A DNA stretch of 64,000 nt, taken from positions 31,930,001-31,994,000 of the forward strand of contig OZ231126.1 of NCBI GenBank assembly GCA_965153355.1, given 5' to 3'. The notes below the pieces were generated by a model that saw only the letters and a program-made list of their open reading frames with translations, had not been told where the DNA came from and did no database searches. Shown one piece after another: positions 36,301 to 50,100 of the stretch (the stretch's first letter is position 1; every line of letters starts with the position of its first letter). The stretch is from Flaccisagitta enflata (Eukaryota). Position numbers and translations under genes: made by a program.

Positions 36301-37915
36301 TGGCCAATTTGACCTAATTTTTAGGCCCCCTAGGGGTAGGGGTAGTCACAAAAAATGGTTTGGCAAGGTAATCCAGGTAGTTAGGAAGGTCATCCAACTA
36401 TAAAAACTTGTCACAATGCAATAGACATTGCGGTAACACTGTTAACGTGGTGGTGAGTTGGGTTCTCGCGTCGAAAAGAGATTGTGACATTAGCCTATAC
36501 GCGAATAATTCAAAATAACAGTTCTTAATAGATTTTGGAATTCTTTCATACACTTAAATCTTAATGGAGGTTAACTGGTTCGAAGGAGTGGCAATCCGTG
36601 GAGAATCTAAGTGTATATATGCGTGTACATATGCCGTCATTAGTCTATTATTCCTTTCATTTTAGCATTATTTCCTTCATTATTCCCCTCGTTATTTAGA
36701 CTATTTCCTTCATCCTATTTTGTTTAGCCTCCTTTAGCATCGTTTGAACATTTGCTCATGATATTTTCCTTTTTGGGCAGCGGTCCCAAAGGGCCGATGT
36801 CCTGTATGACACAGGGGTGAATTTCCATATGTCCGTCCTTCCGTACGTACATACATACGTACGTCCCCCCCCAAGCTTCTTAATTCTCGAATTCCCATTA
36901 AATAACATGGGAAACTGACAAAATGCAAACTTCCCATTGAATAATATGGGAAAATGACAACTTGCAAACTTACCATTGAATAAACATGGAAAATTCTTAA
37001 AAATACATATTTCCCATCGAATAACCTGGAAAATTAACAAAAAATGAAAGAAATTGTAGAAAATATATAACTCATTGAATATCATAGAAAATTGCTCAAA
37101 AGGCCTGAAATATGTCTTCTCAGGACGTAAGGAAATTCGCCCCTGTGTCCTACAGGCAGGGGCCTGTAGAGGCCTATACACCCTATACAAATTATAGGGG
37201 CCCGGAGGGCCCTTCAATTATTATAGAAATGAAAAGGAAAAAAAAAAATTTTCTATTTTTTAACAGTTCAAACTACTTAATTCAACACTTGGACATTCTT
37301 TTTCGAATAGAATGTACAGAGACTGAAAAGTAATCCATATAAAAACTACCTGTGCTATTATCTCAGCCGGCAATCACGCTAAAACTAGGGGGGCCCGGAT
37401 TTTTGGATTGTATAGGGGCCCGAAATTTCTCGGCTGGCGCCCCTGCCTACAGGACACCAGCCTTTTGGGGCCGCTGCCCTGCTCTCACTCCACTTCTTCA
37501 GCTGATCACTCCAAGCAGGACATCGGGTACCACTGACCATGTGCAATCCTTGGATGACTTGTTCTCTTTTGCTTTGATCATCAGTTTCTACAAAAATCTC
37601 ACCACGAAATACATGGTCTTTCGTTACACCGAGTTGGTCGATTCATATTGCGTGGCAGACAGGGTCGTAGGCCTTCGAGATAGTTCTAGGCCCAATCACA
37701 CCTGTTCTTGCGCAAAATTCTCGTAAGAAACCCGGTGAAGCTATTTCCCCTTTTTTTCCCACCTGACATTGAAAAAACCCAATGCAGCAGCGACTGCCTT
37801 TGTACGGAGTGGCAGCGGCGGAATCCTCCGGCTGCTTCTCCTCATAGGCCTCGCTGCCGCCACTGGGACGCTGATGACGAGGACGACGCTGACGACCGGA
37901 CTTGCTCAACGTCAT
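27392..37915 (-). CDS. 3CxxC zinc-finger (ZCCHC24/ZAR1-like) - DAP/DAPL1-like fusion protein, 676 aa (exons 37915-37763, 34975-34701, 31154-30509, 30278-29756, 29493-29225, 27556-27392)
   Basis: N-terminus PYKGSRCCIGFFQCQVCSHEWSSVYSWANSGQLCKPC...KHESRFCQRCQELGVNC. C-terminus LKGGHPPAIKVGG...AHQKPSP...IQQPKKC*. Five GT-AG introns with phases 0,2,0,1,0 give a 2031-nt stop-free CDS. Confidence 0.8.
27605..27995. repeat. Minisatellite of ~14-bp unit GGCGTTGTCAAAC in the last intron of the 3CxxC-DAP gene
   Basis: Visible tandem array. Confidence 0.9.
31281..34484 (+). mobile_element. 3.2-kb HINE/Helentron-like element carrying an 18-bp tandem array (GTCTGACCCGGCTACTCA, 31325-31625), G-rich tracts and telomere-like arrays
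   Basis: 5' AAAAGCTT...CAGTCCTCGAC, 3' hairpin GTCCTCGACG-9nt-CGTCGAGGAC-AAAAA (34451-34484). Confidence 0.6.
32036..32972. repeat. Degenerate telomere-like arrays: CCCTAA-type (32036-32510) then TTAGGG-type (32640-32972)
   Basis: ~24-bp units containing AACCCT / TTAGGG hexamers in opposite orientations. Confidence 0.85.
34996..36495. mobile_element. Probable non-autonomous DNA transposon with degenerate TIRs and TA flanks
   Basis: TA|GGCTGTTTCTATAATCTCCTTTT versus AAAAGAGATTGTGACATTAGCC|TA. Confidence 0.4.
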
Positions 37916-40143
37916 CTTCGCGTTCTCGACTTTTCGTGTTCGTGTTTCTTTTCGATCTTTCACTGTCTTTATGACGTTGCGCCTTCGTAATATCTCGCCA
38001 GCTTCCGAGGGCAAAATGGAATGTTAAGAAATTTTCAATCTGTTGGTGAAAAGAAGAAAGTAAATGAGTGATGATGCAATTAACGCATCAAGAGAATTAC
38101 AAGCAAGGCAAACAAGAACCGATTTCACCAAAGGACGAGCTGTTATTTATCACGGCTCAACATTATGGAAATGAGAAAAGAAATTCAACTACAATAGTGA
38201 CACGCATCCCAGGAACAAACCCTTGGTGGAAAAAAAGGCTAAGTATTGTGAACCCCCTAGACATGTTGTACATTGTAAAGTTGAACCCCGCTCCAACGGA
38301 TTTCAGGGGACTAACAAAATTAATCTGTCATAAGCGGAAATCTGTTATAGCCAATAAAAAAAGTAAAATGAAACTTATAAGGACCAAAAATTATCTGCCT
38401 CTCCGTCCGCCACACTCGGCCTCTCCGTCCGCCACACTCGGCCTCTCTGTCCACCACACTTGGCCTCTCTGTCCGCCACACTCGGCCTCTCTGTCCGCCA
38501 CACTCGGCCTCTCCAGGCAATATACACTTTTTTTCATAAGAACCTAGTTTATAAGAACATCAAGGCTTCGAATTGCTCAAAAATTAAGAACATCTTAAGA
38601 ACATTCGAAGGCTTCAAATCTTGAAAATTTTTTTCGCTAAATTTGATATTCTAAGAATATTATTAAAACACTTTAATTTAGTATAATTTAGATAATATTA
38701 CATAATTCTTAATATAAATTTCATAAAAATATCTTTAGATTTCAATGTTTAGCATTTATTTTAATAACATTTAATAAAAATATATTTAATATCAGTAAAT
38801 AATAGTATTTTATAAGGTTTCCCGTACTTTTTATAGTATTTCAAATTAAGAACGGTCTAAGGAGGAAAGGAGGAAAGGAGGAAAAGAAAAGAAAATGTTA
38901 GGAAAGGAGGATGAAAGGAAAAGGGGAATGGAAGGAAAGGAGGATGAAAAGAAAAGAGGATGAAAGGGAAGGGGAATGAAAGGAGAGGAGGATGAAAGCA
39001 AGAGGGAAAGAATGTTTGCGAAATAAACGGAAAGGACGATGAAAGGAATGGAGTTACGGGAAATTACGTGGAGGATAGGGGAATGAGAGGAGAGGAGAGG
39101 GAAATAAAAGGAAAGGACTTAGGAGGATGAAAGGAACACTAAATAAGAGGAAAGGAGAATGAAAGGAAGAGTGAGGAAAGGAACGGGGAATGAGAGACAA
39201 TGAAAATAAATAGTTACGAGGATGGATTTAATAAAGCAATGAAGAAAAGAAATTGATGAATATGGGAGAGAATGACCAATGGTAATCAGACAGTAAGGCA
39301 GAATGGTCAACTTCAAAAACTTTGTGATGATACATTGATACAAGATAACAATTCTAACAATCTGGATAGACAAAGACAACATAGATAAATAGATCATGCT
39401 CTGACAAGCTTAAGTTCGTTTGTAACAACTGAAGAAGAATGACACAACCCAAACAAATCGGTCCGCGAAAAGAGAACGAGGATAGAAGAGAAGATGACGG
39501 ATTCCAGATGTAAAATGTTGACTTTATACAAAAGCATCCCCGCTGCCCACCTCGGTAAGGGAAGGAGGCTGGGTGGGGAAGAGACGGGAAGGGATGGAAA
39601 GAAGGGAGCTGGATGGGAATTTCACATTTTTTTCCTTTTAAATAGACTCAAGGGAAATCGGCGAAAAGTTACAAAACTTTCAACCACCATCACGGTTTTT
39701 AGTCGCGTGCTACGCGACTCTACACCCCGCTTTGTCGGTCCGTCCGTCCGTTGGTCCGTCGGTCCGTCCATCCGTCCGTCCGTCACACTTTACTTTTTCG
39801 GCGTTTATGGGGTTTTTGGCTATACCGCTCCTGCCCAAATGCTCCACTGACCTCAAATATGGCCCCTGCCCACCCGCACGCGACTGGGGTAGCTGTGTAT
39901 CCGGCCTTGTTCTTTACCCTTTCAGTACCTTGGAGGATAAGCTAGATGCGTCCATGTCGATTAGTAGAAATATTACGCTCGGGGTTCAGTAAGATTTAAT
40001 TCTTTTCTAAAGGTAATTAGTAAAATCTGGAGATCTGAGAGGTCTGTCCGTCCGTGTCCGCATGTTCAGAGACCATAAGTGAGCTTTTTGGGCAGCGGCC
40101 CCAAAAGGCCAATGTCCTTTAGGACACAGGGGTAATTCCATCT

Positions 40144-41397
40144 CAGATCACACAAATCATAAAACCCCAAAAAATAGATTTTGTTAGTTTTTGGTGTAAA
40201 GGTAGGTCTTGGAAAGTTATTCACAAACAACAAATTTTTCTGCTCTACGATGAATATCTAGGGTTTTACGGGGGTTCAAAATTTTGAAAAATTTGGGTGC
40301 CCATCAAACTTTAAAAAGGAATATCTCAGCAGGTACAAACAATATAATCATTTTCTCCATGTCAATGTGATAGTATCGATCACAGGAATCAAATGGAACA
40401 AGAATTAGAATCAAAAATTCATTATTTGGGTGTTTTTTAATCTATCTGGGGCCATTTTGGATACCCCTAGGTACCTAGTATGTTATAAATTTAGGAAAAA
40501 AATATTTGGAAAATATACTTCAAGGCTTTCTCTATCAGATTCAATAATAAACAAGGTCATTAGACCTAAGTCGCGTGCATCGGCATTTTCAGAAAGATTC
40601 GGTCAGACAGACATACAGACAGACATACAGACAGACAGACAAACAGAAGGCACACAAATTTTCAAAATGACCACAGAATAATTACTCTCCACCTCCCAGT
40701 GCCTAAAAATGTAAAAAAATGCAAAAAAATGCATATAAAACGACTTTGTCACGGACGGACCGACGGACCAACCGACAAAGTGGCTTATAGAGTCGCGTAG
40801 CACGCGACTAAAAATATGTGTATTGGTATGCTTGAAAGTGAAAAAAAATAAATAAGTCAAGCTATAGACTTCTTTGAAATCTGATTGGCTGACCAAAATT
40901 CTCTCAGCCAATCAGAAGCCAGTACTCAAATTTGGGCCATGTAACCCATTTTATTCTTTTTTTTTTCACTATCAAGCATACCAATACACATATTTTTTAT
41001 CATTGAATCTGATAGAGAAAACCTTAAAGTATATTTTCCAAATATTTTTTTCCAAAATTTTAACGTACTAGGTACCTAAAAGTACCCAAAATAGCCCCGC
41101 ATAGGTTGAAAAACACCCAAAAAAGGAATTTTTGAATCCAACTCTTTTTCCATTTAATTCTTTTGATCAATACTTTCTGATAGTCATAAAGAAATCAATT
41201 ATATTGTTTGTACCTGCAAAGATATTCCTTTTTTAAGTTTGATGGGTACCCAAATTTTTCAAAATTTTGAACCCCGTAAAACCCAAAATATTGACGAGCG
41301 AAAAAATTTGATAATTGGGAATAACTCTCAAAGACCTACCTTTACAACAAAAACCAACAAAATCTATTTTTTTGGGTTTTATGATTTGTGTGATCTG
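40144..41397. repeat. Long imperfect inverted-repeat pair (about 40144-40560 / 40980-41397) of transposon origin
   Basis: CAGATCACACAAATCATAAAACCC... matches ...GGGTTTTATGATTTGTGTGATCTG in inverted orientation over several hundred bp. Confidence 0.75.
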
Positions 41398-42670
41398 TGC
41401 TGGAATTTCCAGATGTCCGTCTGTCCGTCCTTCCATCCCCCCCCCATTAGCCATGGAGGCCTCAAGTCCGCCCTCCAGACTTCAAATCCCGCTTCAATTA
41501 CCTCTTAGGCCTGAAATATTCCCCTCAGGACGTCTGAAAATTCCCCCTTGTGTCCTACAAAATATTGGCCTTTTAGGGCCGCTGCCCTGCTCTCACTCCA
41601 CCAGTTCACTTGATCACTCCAAGCAGGGCATCGGGTACCGCTGACCATGTACGATAACTAGTTTATGTTCAAACAGGCAGACAAACAAGCTTTAAAGGTG
41701 CGTGACCGATTTTGAATTAGACGTCCCAAAGCTTATGTTTCAACGCGACTCAAAAAGAGAATTGTTCTAAATCTATCAAGTGACGATTTGTTTAAAATAC
41801 CAATCCGAGAAAAATCATCACTGTAAAATCGTTTTCCTAATACGAAGGCAATTGCTAATTTTTTCTTTAGTCTCACAGATAAATGTAAGTTGATATAACA
41901 ATCAATTGTGTATGTAGTAAATTGTATATACTACCAACAGCAGCAATAATACTACGCGAATAAAGAAAAAAAACAAACTTTTCAATGATATTAAATTTCA
42001 GAATTATTAAACAAAACCTTAAGACCATTTTGAAGATCTCAAAGAGATCTTTTATTTGCCTGAACTCAACAATCCAGACCGGACATAGCCGATTTTTCAG
42101 TGATTTCCATTCATTTTCTACGATGAACAGATAGTCGGGAGAGGATGGCAACCCCCACCGACGACGGATAATCATCGCTTTTTATCTCGTTCTCATAATC
42201 AGCGAATGTAGGATCTAAATCCGCGCGCAGTCCCCCAGCTCGCCCCAAGACGCTCGACTTTTAATCGATTTTAAACTCTTGGCGATCAACTGACAAAATA
42301 GCGTCCAACAACAACAGTGATCGTGGATGCACGATTGAATTCGGAGACTGTGGATATCGCCAGATCTCTCTCTGTCTGCCTGTCTGTCTGTGTCTGTCTG
42401 TAAACTCTGTATCTGTGTGTATGTGAGTATCTGTCTGTATCTGTATCTGTGTGTATCTGTATGCATCTGAATCTGAGTGCATCTGAATCTGTGTGTATCT
42501 GTATCTGTGTGTATCTGTATCTGTGTGTATCTGTATCTGTGTGTATCTGTATTTGTGTGTATCTGTATCTGTCTGTATCTGTATATGTCTGTATCTGTAT
42601 CTATCTGTATCTGTCTGTATCTGTATCTGTCTGTATCTGTCTGTATCTGTGTGTGTGTCTGTGTGTGTGT

Positions 42671-42728
<58 letters not shown>

Positions 42729-42793
42729 TCCATTAATCAAATCCTCTATATGAATGAAGAGAAAGAGTGTTTGTAAAACAACCAAGGCTGAGG

Positions 42794-42879
<86 letters not shown>

Positions 42880-42922
42880 TCCCCGCTTTTCACTCTAGGC
42901 TTTCGGCGCGCCTTTCATTCCG

Positions 42923-45900
42923 ATGGCGGATTTCGACGCCGAACGAGAAGCCAGAAGAGAGGCTCGTAGAAAAAAACGCCTCGAATTGTAAGTGTTTCTA
43001 AAAAGATATTTTAATTTCACGGCGCGGAGCGTTTTCATCCTTACAACAGTTTTGCGTGCATCTCCGAATCTCAGTCACTATACGATCCTACCAGTAATGG
43101 CGGCTGTCGCCGTGAGGAAAAAAGTCTTATGCGTTGGTCACTTTTCACCATCTTCAGTCACTGAATCTTTGTTAGATCAAATCAAAGGCAATTGTATGTG
43201 TTGACTGCACTGAAAATCAGAGAAAAATAGGATTGAGCCAAATGAGCTAGATAAGCTAAAATAATCAAAATGATTCAACCAGACAATCAGTTTACTGACT
43301 GACATGCTTTCCTGTAATCACATGCTTAAATCAAAACATTAATTTATTTATCCTATTTCAAATTAGAGAAAAAGTGCAAGCTAAATGAGCTTAATGAGCT
43401 AGAATACTTGAAAACGCCCTCACAGATGAGCACCTCTGCTCACAGACATGTTTTTTTTTTTTATTTGCTTGCTTAAACAAGTTTGAAAATATTTATTCAT
43501 TTATCATATTTAAAATAAGAAAGAATAGACTGAGCTAAGTGAGCTAAATGAGCTAAAATGCTCAAAAACGCCCTCACAGATGAGCAGCTGTGCTCATAAC
43601 AATGGAAAAAAAAACCGGACAGTTACTTCTTTTGCTCATAAATCCTTTGAAAATTTACCCAGTGTGCTGAAATTTTTACTGAAGTTGCCTTTTAGCATCA
43701 TTAAGCATCACTGAAAAAATCAATGACCTGCTCCAAATAGTTTGAGAATTATAGATTTTTTAAAAGTGCTTGTCAGATGATCAGAAATTCAATCTGCACA
43801 TATGAGAATTTACAAAAAGAGAATAAACAAACTTTAAAAAACCATACTAAATCTAGTCCGATTTTGATGAAATTTGAGGTGGAAGTAGACCACATTGTTA
43901 GCAGGCTGTGGTAAAAATTTTACTACGAAACTCCAATTTTTTTAGCAGAAACAGCAAATTTTCATAAACTTTTTTTTACAGTTTTAAGAATGAAGTAAAT
44001 GAAGATGAAATCCAAAATATAAGTCGATGCTATAGCCGTAGTTTATAACCAATTATCATAATTTTTTAACTGGTAACTTTTGTACATATGGTTCATCTCC
44101 AGTAAAATTTTTGTAAAGATTGAAGCATTTTTAGACCCCCAAATTGCAGAAATATTTTTACAAGTGGCTAAATATTTTTTATCCTGAGCAAGCTTACAAT
44201 CAACCAATATCTACCCCACTAGACTTTATCTGAGTAAAAGCAAATTTTGCCTAGTATTAGTAAATAACACCATCAGACTACAGTTCAAAAATCATAACAA
44301 AACTCCCAATATTTTTTGCACAATGTCAATTTTATTAAAAACAAAATTATTTTGATGAAGGATAAATGTCATCTCTGGCAGTCAAAAAAAAGAGGTGACT
44401 TCAATAAAAACGTGATTTCGGCTGAAGTATTCAGCGGATTTTGATGAAATTTTAACCACACATAGTCCAAATCATGGTTATTATTCACTGTAAATTTTAT
44501 GCAAATAAGTCAACATCTTCATATGTTTTTGCTCTCTCAAAATTTGTCCGGTTTTTTTTTTGCCATTGTTAAACATGTTTTCTTGTATTTGCATGCTCAA
44601 CCAAACATAAATACACTCTTTTATCGATCCTACACAAAATTGTAAAAAATCAAAAAAATTTCATTCAAATTTTTCATAAATCTTTAAAAAATCATAGCGC
44701 AAAAAAAATTTGTTGTAGAGCATTCTGCTTGGCGCCAAATGAAAGAGAATTATCAAATATACTTGCCCTATCAATTTCATTGGAGGCCCCAATCGCTCGA
44801 TCGAGACCCACAACTTCCTAATAAGAAAGTGAAAACCCTGTTTCTCTCAAATATATCAAAAAGTTGAAGACTTGACTTTTTTCCCAATGATTCAACCAGA
44901 CAACAAGCTTTGCTCACTGACATGCTTTCTTGTATTTGTACGCCTAAATCAAAACATCAATTTAAAATCAGAGAAAAAGCACAAGCAAAATTAGCTAAAT
45001 GAGCTAGAATATTTGAAAACGCCCTTACAGAGGAGCAGTTCTGCTCACTGACACATTTTTTTTTAAATTGCTTGCTTAAACAAGTTTGAAAATATTAATT
45101 CATTTATCATATTTGAAATCAGAAAGAATGGACTGAGCTAAGTGAGCTAAATGAGCTGAAATGCTCAAAAACACCCTCACAGATGAGCAGCTGTGCTCAT
45201 AAACATGTTTTCTTGTATTTGCATGCTCAAACAAACATAAATACACTCTTTTATTGATCCTACACAAAATCGTAAAAAATATAAAAAAAATTTCAATCAA
45301 ATTTTTCATAAATAAATCTTTAAAAAAATCATAGCGCGAAAAATATTTGTCGTAAAGCCAAATAAAAAAGAATTATCAAATTTACTTACCCTATCAATTT
45401 CATTGGAGATTCCCAACTTCCGCATAAGAAAATGAAAACCCTGTTTCTCTCGAATATGTCAAAAAGTCGAAGACTGACTTCGACTTTTTTCCCGATCATA
45501 AAGGATGCATGTCACTTTGTCAGCCTCTCGTTCTGTCAGTCGGTTTGTCTGTGACTGCGTGTGCCTCAATATTTCTCTCCCAAGACAAGAGACATGGTCA
45601 TGAGTTTCAGTGCAGTTACACATGCTCACTCTCTGATCAACGAAGCCGCGATGTACTTTTCGAAATTTACCATGCCAGAGCATCACAAATAAATCACGTT
45701 AAATTATACTGATTACTTAACAAGGCCGGATACACGGCTACCCCAGTCGCGTGCGGGTGGGCAGGGGCTGTATTTGAGTAAGAGTAGTGAGACCAAAGAC
45801 CGCAATAAAAAAAAACACAAAAAGTCAGGTGTGACAGATTGACGTACGGACAGCCGGACCAACAAAGCAGGGTGTGGAGCCACGTAGCACAAACCAAAAA

Positions 45901-47084
45901 CTCGGGCTACTTCATACATGCATTTAATTTAGTTCCTTCAATCTTCAGGGCTGAGGCGAGTGGTGGTTCCGATGTGGATCTAGACGCTTCGTCCGAAAGG
46001 AGGCGCGAAAGACGCCGTCAAAGAGCCACCGGTCTTCAAGGGTATGCACAAATTACCATCTTGGCAGCTGTGGGCAGGCCGACAGAGTCGGAAATATTAC
46101 AGGCTCATCATTTGCAAGGGAAGGGGGAGAAAGAGTCTAAATTATTCAACAGCTCAAACAATCATCTTGTGGGGCGGCACTGCACTAAAAAAATCGTCCA
46201 TAAAAAGCCGAAGGCTGAAATGGAAGTCGCGTGCGGTTGTTAAGAACATAAGACCTAAAGACTAGAAGACAAAGTAAAAGACTCAAAGGCTGAATGTAAA
46301 CTGTCTTGAAATAACTTAAAATGACTAAAAATGGCTTAAAATGACGTTAAACGATGAAAAAAAGCTAAGCGTGACGGACGGACGCACAGACAGACCAACC
46401 GACCGACCGACGGACAGAGCGGGTCATAAAGTCGCGTGCACGCGACTAAAAATACAAAAATCCCAACGAAAAAGAATATAAGATGACAAAGATTAATTCG
46501 AGTCAGTTGCAACCTCGCAAGTCGATAACTTGTCGCTATCTACCCATTTCCAGAGAAGCGGAGGCAAAGGACAGCGACGGAGAAGCGAGGAGAGAAAAAT
46601 CGGACAGAACGGAAGATAGAGAGGCGCAGAGAGAAAGACGCAGAGCAGAAAGAGAGGAAAAGGAAAAGGCAGAAAGGGAAGAGAGGGAAGAGGGGGAGAA
46701 GAGAGAAAGAGAAGAACAAGGAGAACGAGAGAGGGTAGAAAAAGAAGAACAGGCTAAGGTAGAGAGAGAACAAGCAGCGAAAGAGCAGGAGGAAAGAGCC
46801 CAGAGTGAGGAAAGGGAAGCGGAAAGAGAAGAAGAGGAAAGAGAGGAAAGGCGAAGAAAAGAGGAGATTGAAGTAAAAGAAAGGTCAGAGAGGGAGGATA
46901 GAGAGAGGCGCGAAAGGGAAGAAGAGGCGGAAATGCAGCGAACGGAGGAGGAGAGGAGGCGGGCGCAGGCGAGGCGCGCCTCTGAGCGGAAAATTCGGGA
47001 CGAACATCTCGAAGTCAAGAAGCGTCATGACGTCGCCAGACAGGAGTCAAAGGTGGGGGAGAGAGAGAGAGAGAAGAGAAGAGA

Positions 47085-47149
<65 letters not shown>

Positions 47150-50100
47150 ACGGCGATAGAGACAGACCGACAAACAAAGGGAGATACAGACGGAGAGTCA
47201 GACATGCAGACAAGGTAATATTATTGATTATCGATCTAGTGACTGAGTGAGTCAAAAAAGTACCTATCCCGCACGCACGGAGGTTATCTGATAATCCTTC
47301 AAACACACATTTCCGCTGCTTGCAGGCACGCAGAAGATTCAAGCTGACGCCAGAACGCAGGCGGAAATTGAAGTTGCTCATCATGAAGAAGGCGATGGAA
47401 GATTTGAAACTGGAAGCAGAGAAGAAAGTCACGCAGAGGGAAGAATATCTCGCTACCAAAGTACAACCGCTCAACCTCGATGGTCTCTCGGAGAGAGGTA
47501 AATGTTGCTTGGTAGTCTTCAGTCGCCTGAAAGCGATTCCATTCCTCCTAAGTCTATAGGTTGGACAGTCTGAACGACTTACCCGGTATTAAACTTCGCT
47601 GCATCCGGCCCCGCTGACGTCTCCGACTTTATTTTACCGTCGTTGATTGCAGAGGTGATCAAACTATGCGAATCGTTGTACCGACGAATTCTGGTCCTTC
47701 ATGGAGAAACTTACGACTTGGAATTGAAGCTGTGCCAACAAGACTACGAAATCAACGAGGCAGTTGTCAGGATCAATGACATCAAGGGCAAATTGTAAGC
47801 GCTTATGACCATGAACATTAGAGGTCAGGTACACCGAAACTATTCATTTGGCTACTCCATCCAGGAGTGTTTTTCTTTCTAAACATATGAATTGAAGTCC
47901 CCGAGGCCGAGGAAGGGAGTTAGGACGCAATTTCAAGGTCGCGCATATCAGATTTTGCTCACAAAAGATCATTATCTCACAAGGGTAAAAGTTGAAATAC
48001 CCCTCTATCTTTGTAAGCACACTACATCTAAACGGAAAAAAGATAGAAGATCGCGCTTGGCGCCATTTTAAAGAACACAAAAAAATCTTTCATTTCATCA
48101 TGAATTTCGTCTAAATCGGTTGAAAAACAACTGAGTAACAAGCTTGCAAAGTTGGATGAAGTTTTAATAAACTTCAATAATTACCTCAATTTCACCCCTA
48201 ACTTTGTTAGTGTCATTTCAAAACGAAAAAAGATAGAAAATCGCGCTTGGCGCCATTTTAAAGAACACAAAAAAATCTTTCATTTCATCATGAATTTCGT
48301 CTAAATCGGTTGAAAAACAACTGAGTAACAAGCTTGCAAAGTTGGATAAAGTTTGAATAAAAAACAGCAGAGGTCATTGGTCCCTCGGGGCCCCTGCCCC
48401 TCTTGCCACCTCACACCCACATTCACTCACATAGAAGCAATGGGTACCGCTGACCATATAACGCTTTTGCGACTGTTGATCCATCCTGTCTCTTTGGAGC
48501 TGAGGACAAACTGTATATCATTGGGTGAATACCATTGTCTTTATTGTCGTAATATCAGATGAATCCCGAAGAGAGAAATGGACGTATTGGATCAAGAGAT
48601 CATGCGCAAGAGAGAAAACAGCATAGGGCTGAGATGAGGGTAGCAGAAGAACACGAGAGAAAACAAAAATATGAGGAAGAAAAAGTCAGATGGTCAGCGG
48701 TACCCCTTGCCCTTGCGGTACCCCTTGCCCATATGTGAGTGTATGCAGGTGTGAGGTGGTTAGAGGGGCAGCGGCCCCAAAGGGGCCAATGACCTATGCT
48801 GTTTTTATTGGGCAGCGGCCCCAAAGGGGACAAAGTCCTGTAGAACACAGGGGGACTTTTGTTCGTCATTCTGTCCGTCTGTTTGTCCGTGCATCCCCCC
48901 CAAGGCCCTCTCAGGCCTAAAATCTGCCCTCTTAGGCCTGAAATTTACCCTCTCAGGCCTGAAATCTGCCCTCTCAGGTCATGAATCTGCCCTCTCAAGC
49001 CTGAAATCTGCCCTCTCAGGCCTGAAATCTGTCCTCTCAGGCCTGAAATCTGCTCTCACAGATTCAAGGCCTGAGAGGGCAGATTTCAGGTCTGAGAGGG
49101 TAAATAGACCTGAGAGGGCAGATTTGGGCCTGAGAGAGGGCTTAGGAGGAACGGATGGATGGACGGACGGACGGAATGACAAACGAGTCCCCTGTGTTAC
49201 AGAGACCGTTCTGAGGCTGCTTGCTCTCCTCCATTTCACAATCACGCAAAGCAGGGCAGCAGGTATCGCTGACCAGATATTGCCCTTGGGCGACCTGTTT
49301 GAGCTTCAAGGCTGGAATTAGGGCCTGGAGGCTGGGATATGAGCCTTGCGGCTGGGATTTGAGCCTTAGGGCTGGGATTTGAGCCTCAAGCTGGTATTTG
49401 AGCCTCAAGGCTGGGATTTGAGCCTTGGGGCTAAGATTTGAGCCTCAAGACCAGGAGTTGGGCCTCAAGGCTGGGATTTGAGCCTCAAGGCTGGGATTTG
49501 AGCCTCGAGGCTGGGATTTGAGCCTGGAGACTAGGATTTGAGCCTCAAGACTGGGATTTGAGCTTTGAGGCTGGGATTTGAGCCTCAAGGCTGAGATTTG
49601 AGCCTCCACGCTAAAATTTGAGCCTCCAGGCTGAGATTTGAGCCTCCAGGCTGAGATTTTAGCCTCCAGGCTGAGATTTGAGCCTCCAGGCTGAGATTTA
49701 AGCCTCCAGGCTGGGATTTGAGCCTCCAGGCTGGGATCTGAGCTTTGGGGCTGGGATTTGAGTCTCAAGGCTAGGATTTGGGCCTTGAGACTAGGATTTG
49801 GGCCATGAGACTAGAATTGGGGCCTCAACAGGGGGGAGGACAGAGAAGAAGAAGAAGGAGAAATTTACCCTGTGCGAAAGCATAGGTCATCAGCCCCTTT
49901 GAGGCCGCTGCCCAAAAGCAGAAGCGGAGATGCACTTAGATGACTTAGAGGCGTTTCTGAATGTTCAGGGATTTCACGAGGCTGAAAGAATATATGATGC
50001 TTTTGACCTAGAATATGCACCTGCTGACAAGAAACAAAAAGATTTATCAAACTTCACCCAGTTTTGAAAGCTTGATTGTTATTCAACTAATTGAGATGAA

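Noticed and set aside
42215-42893. ORFs of 170-210 aa
   Set aside because: Translations of TGTATC/(CT)n simple repeats upstream of troponin I.
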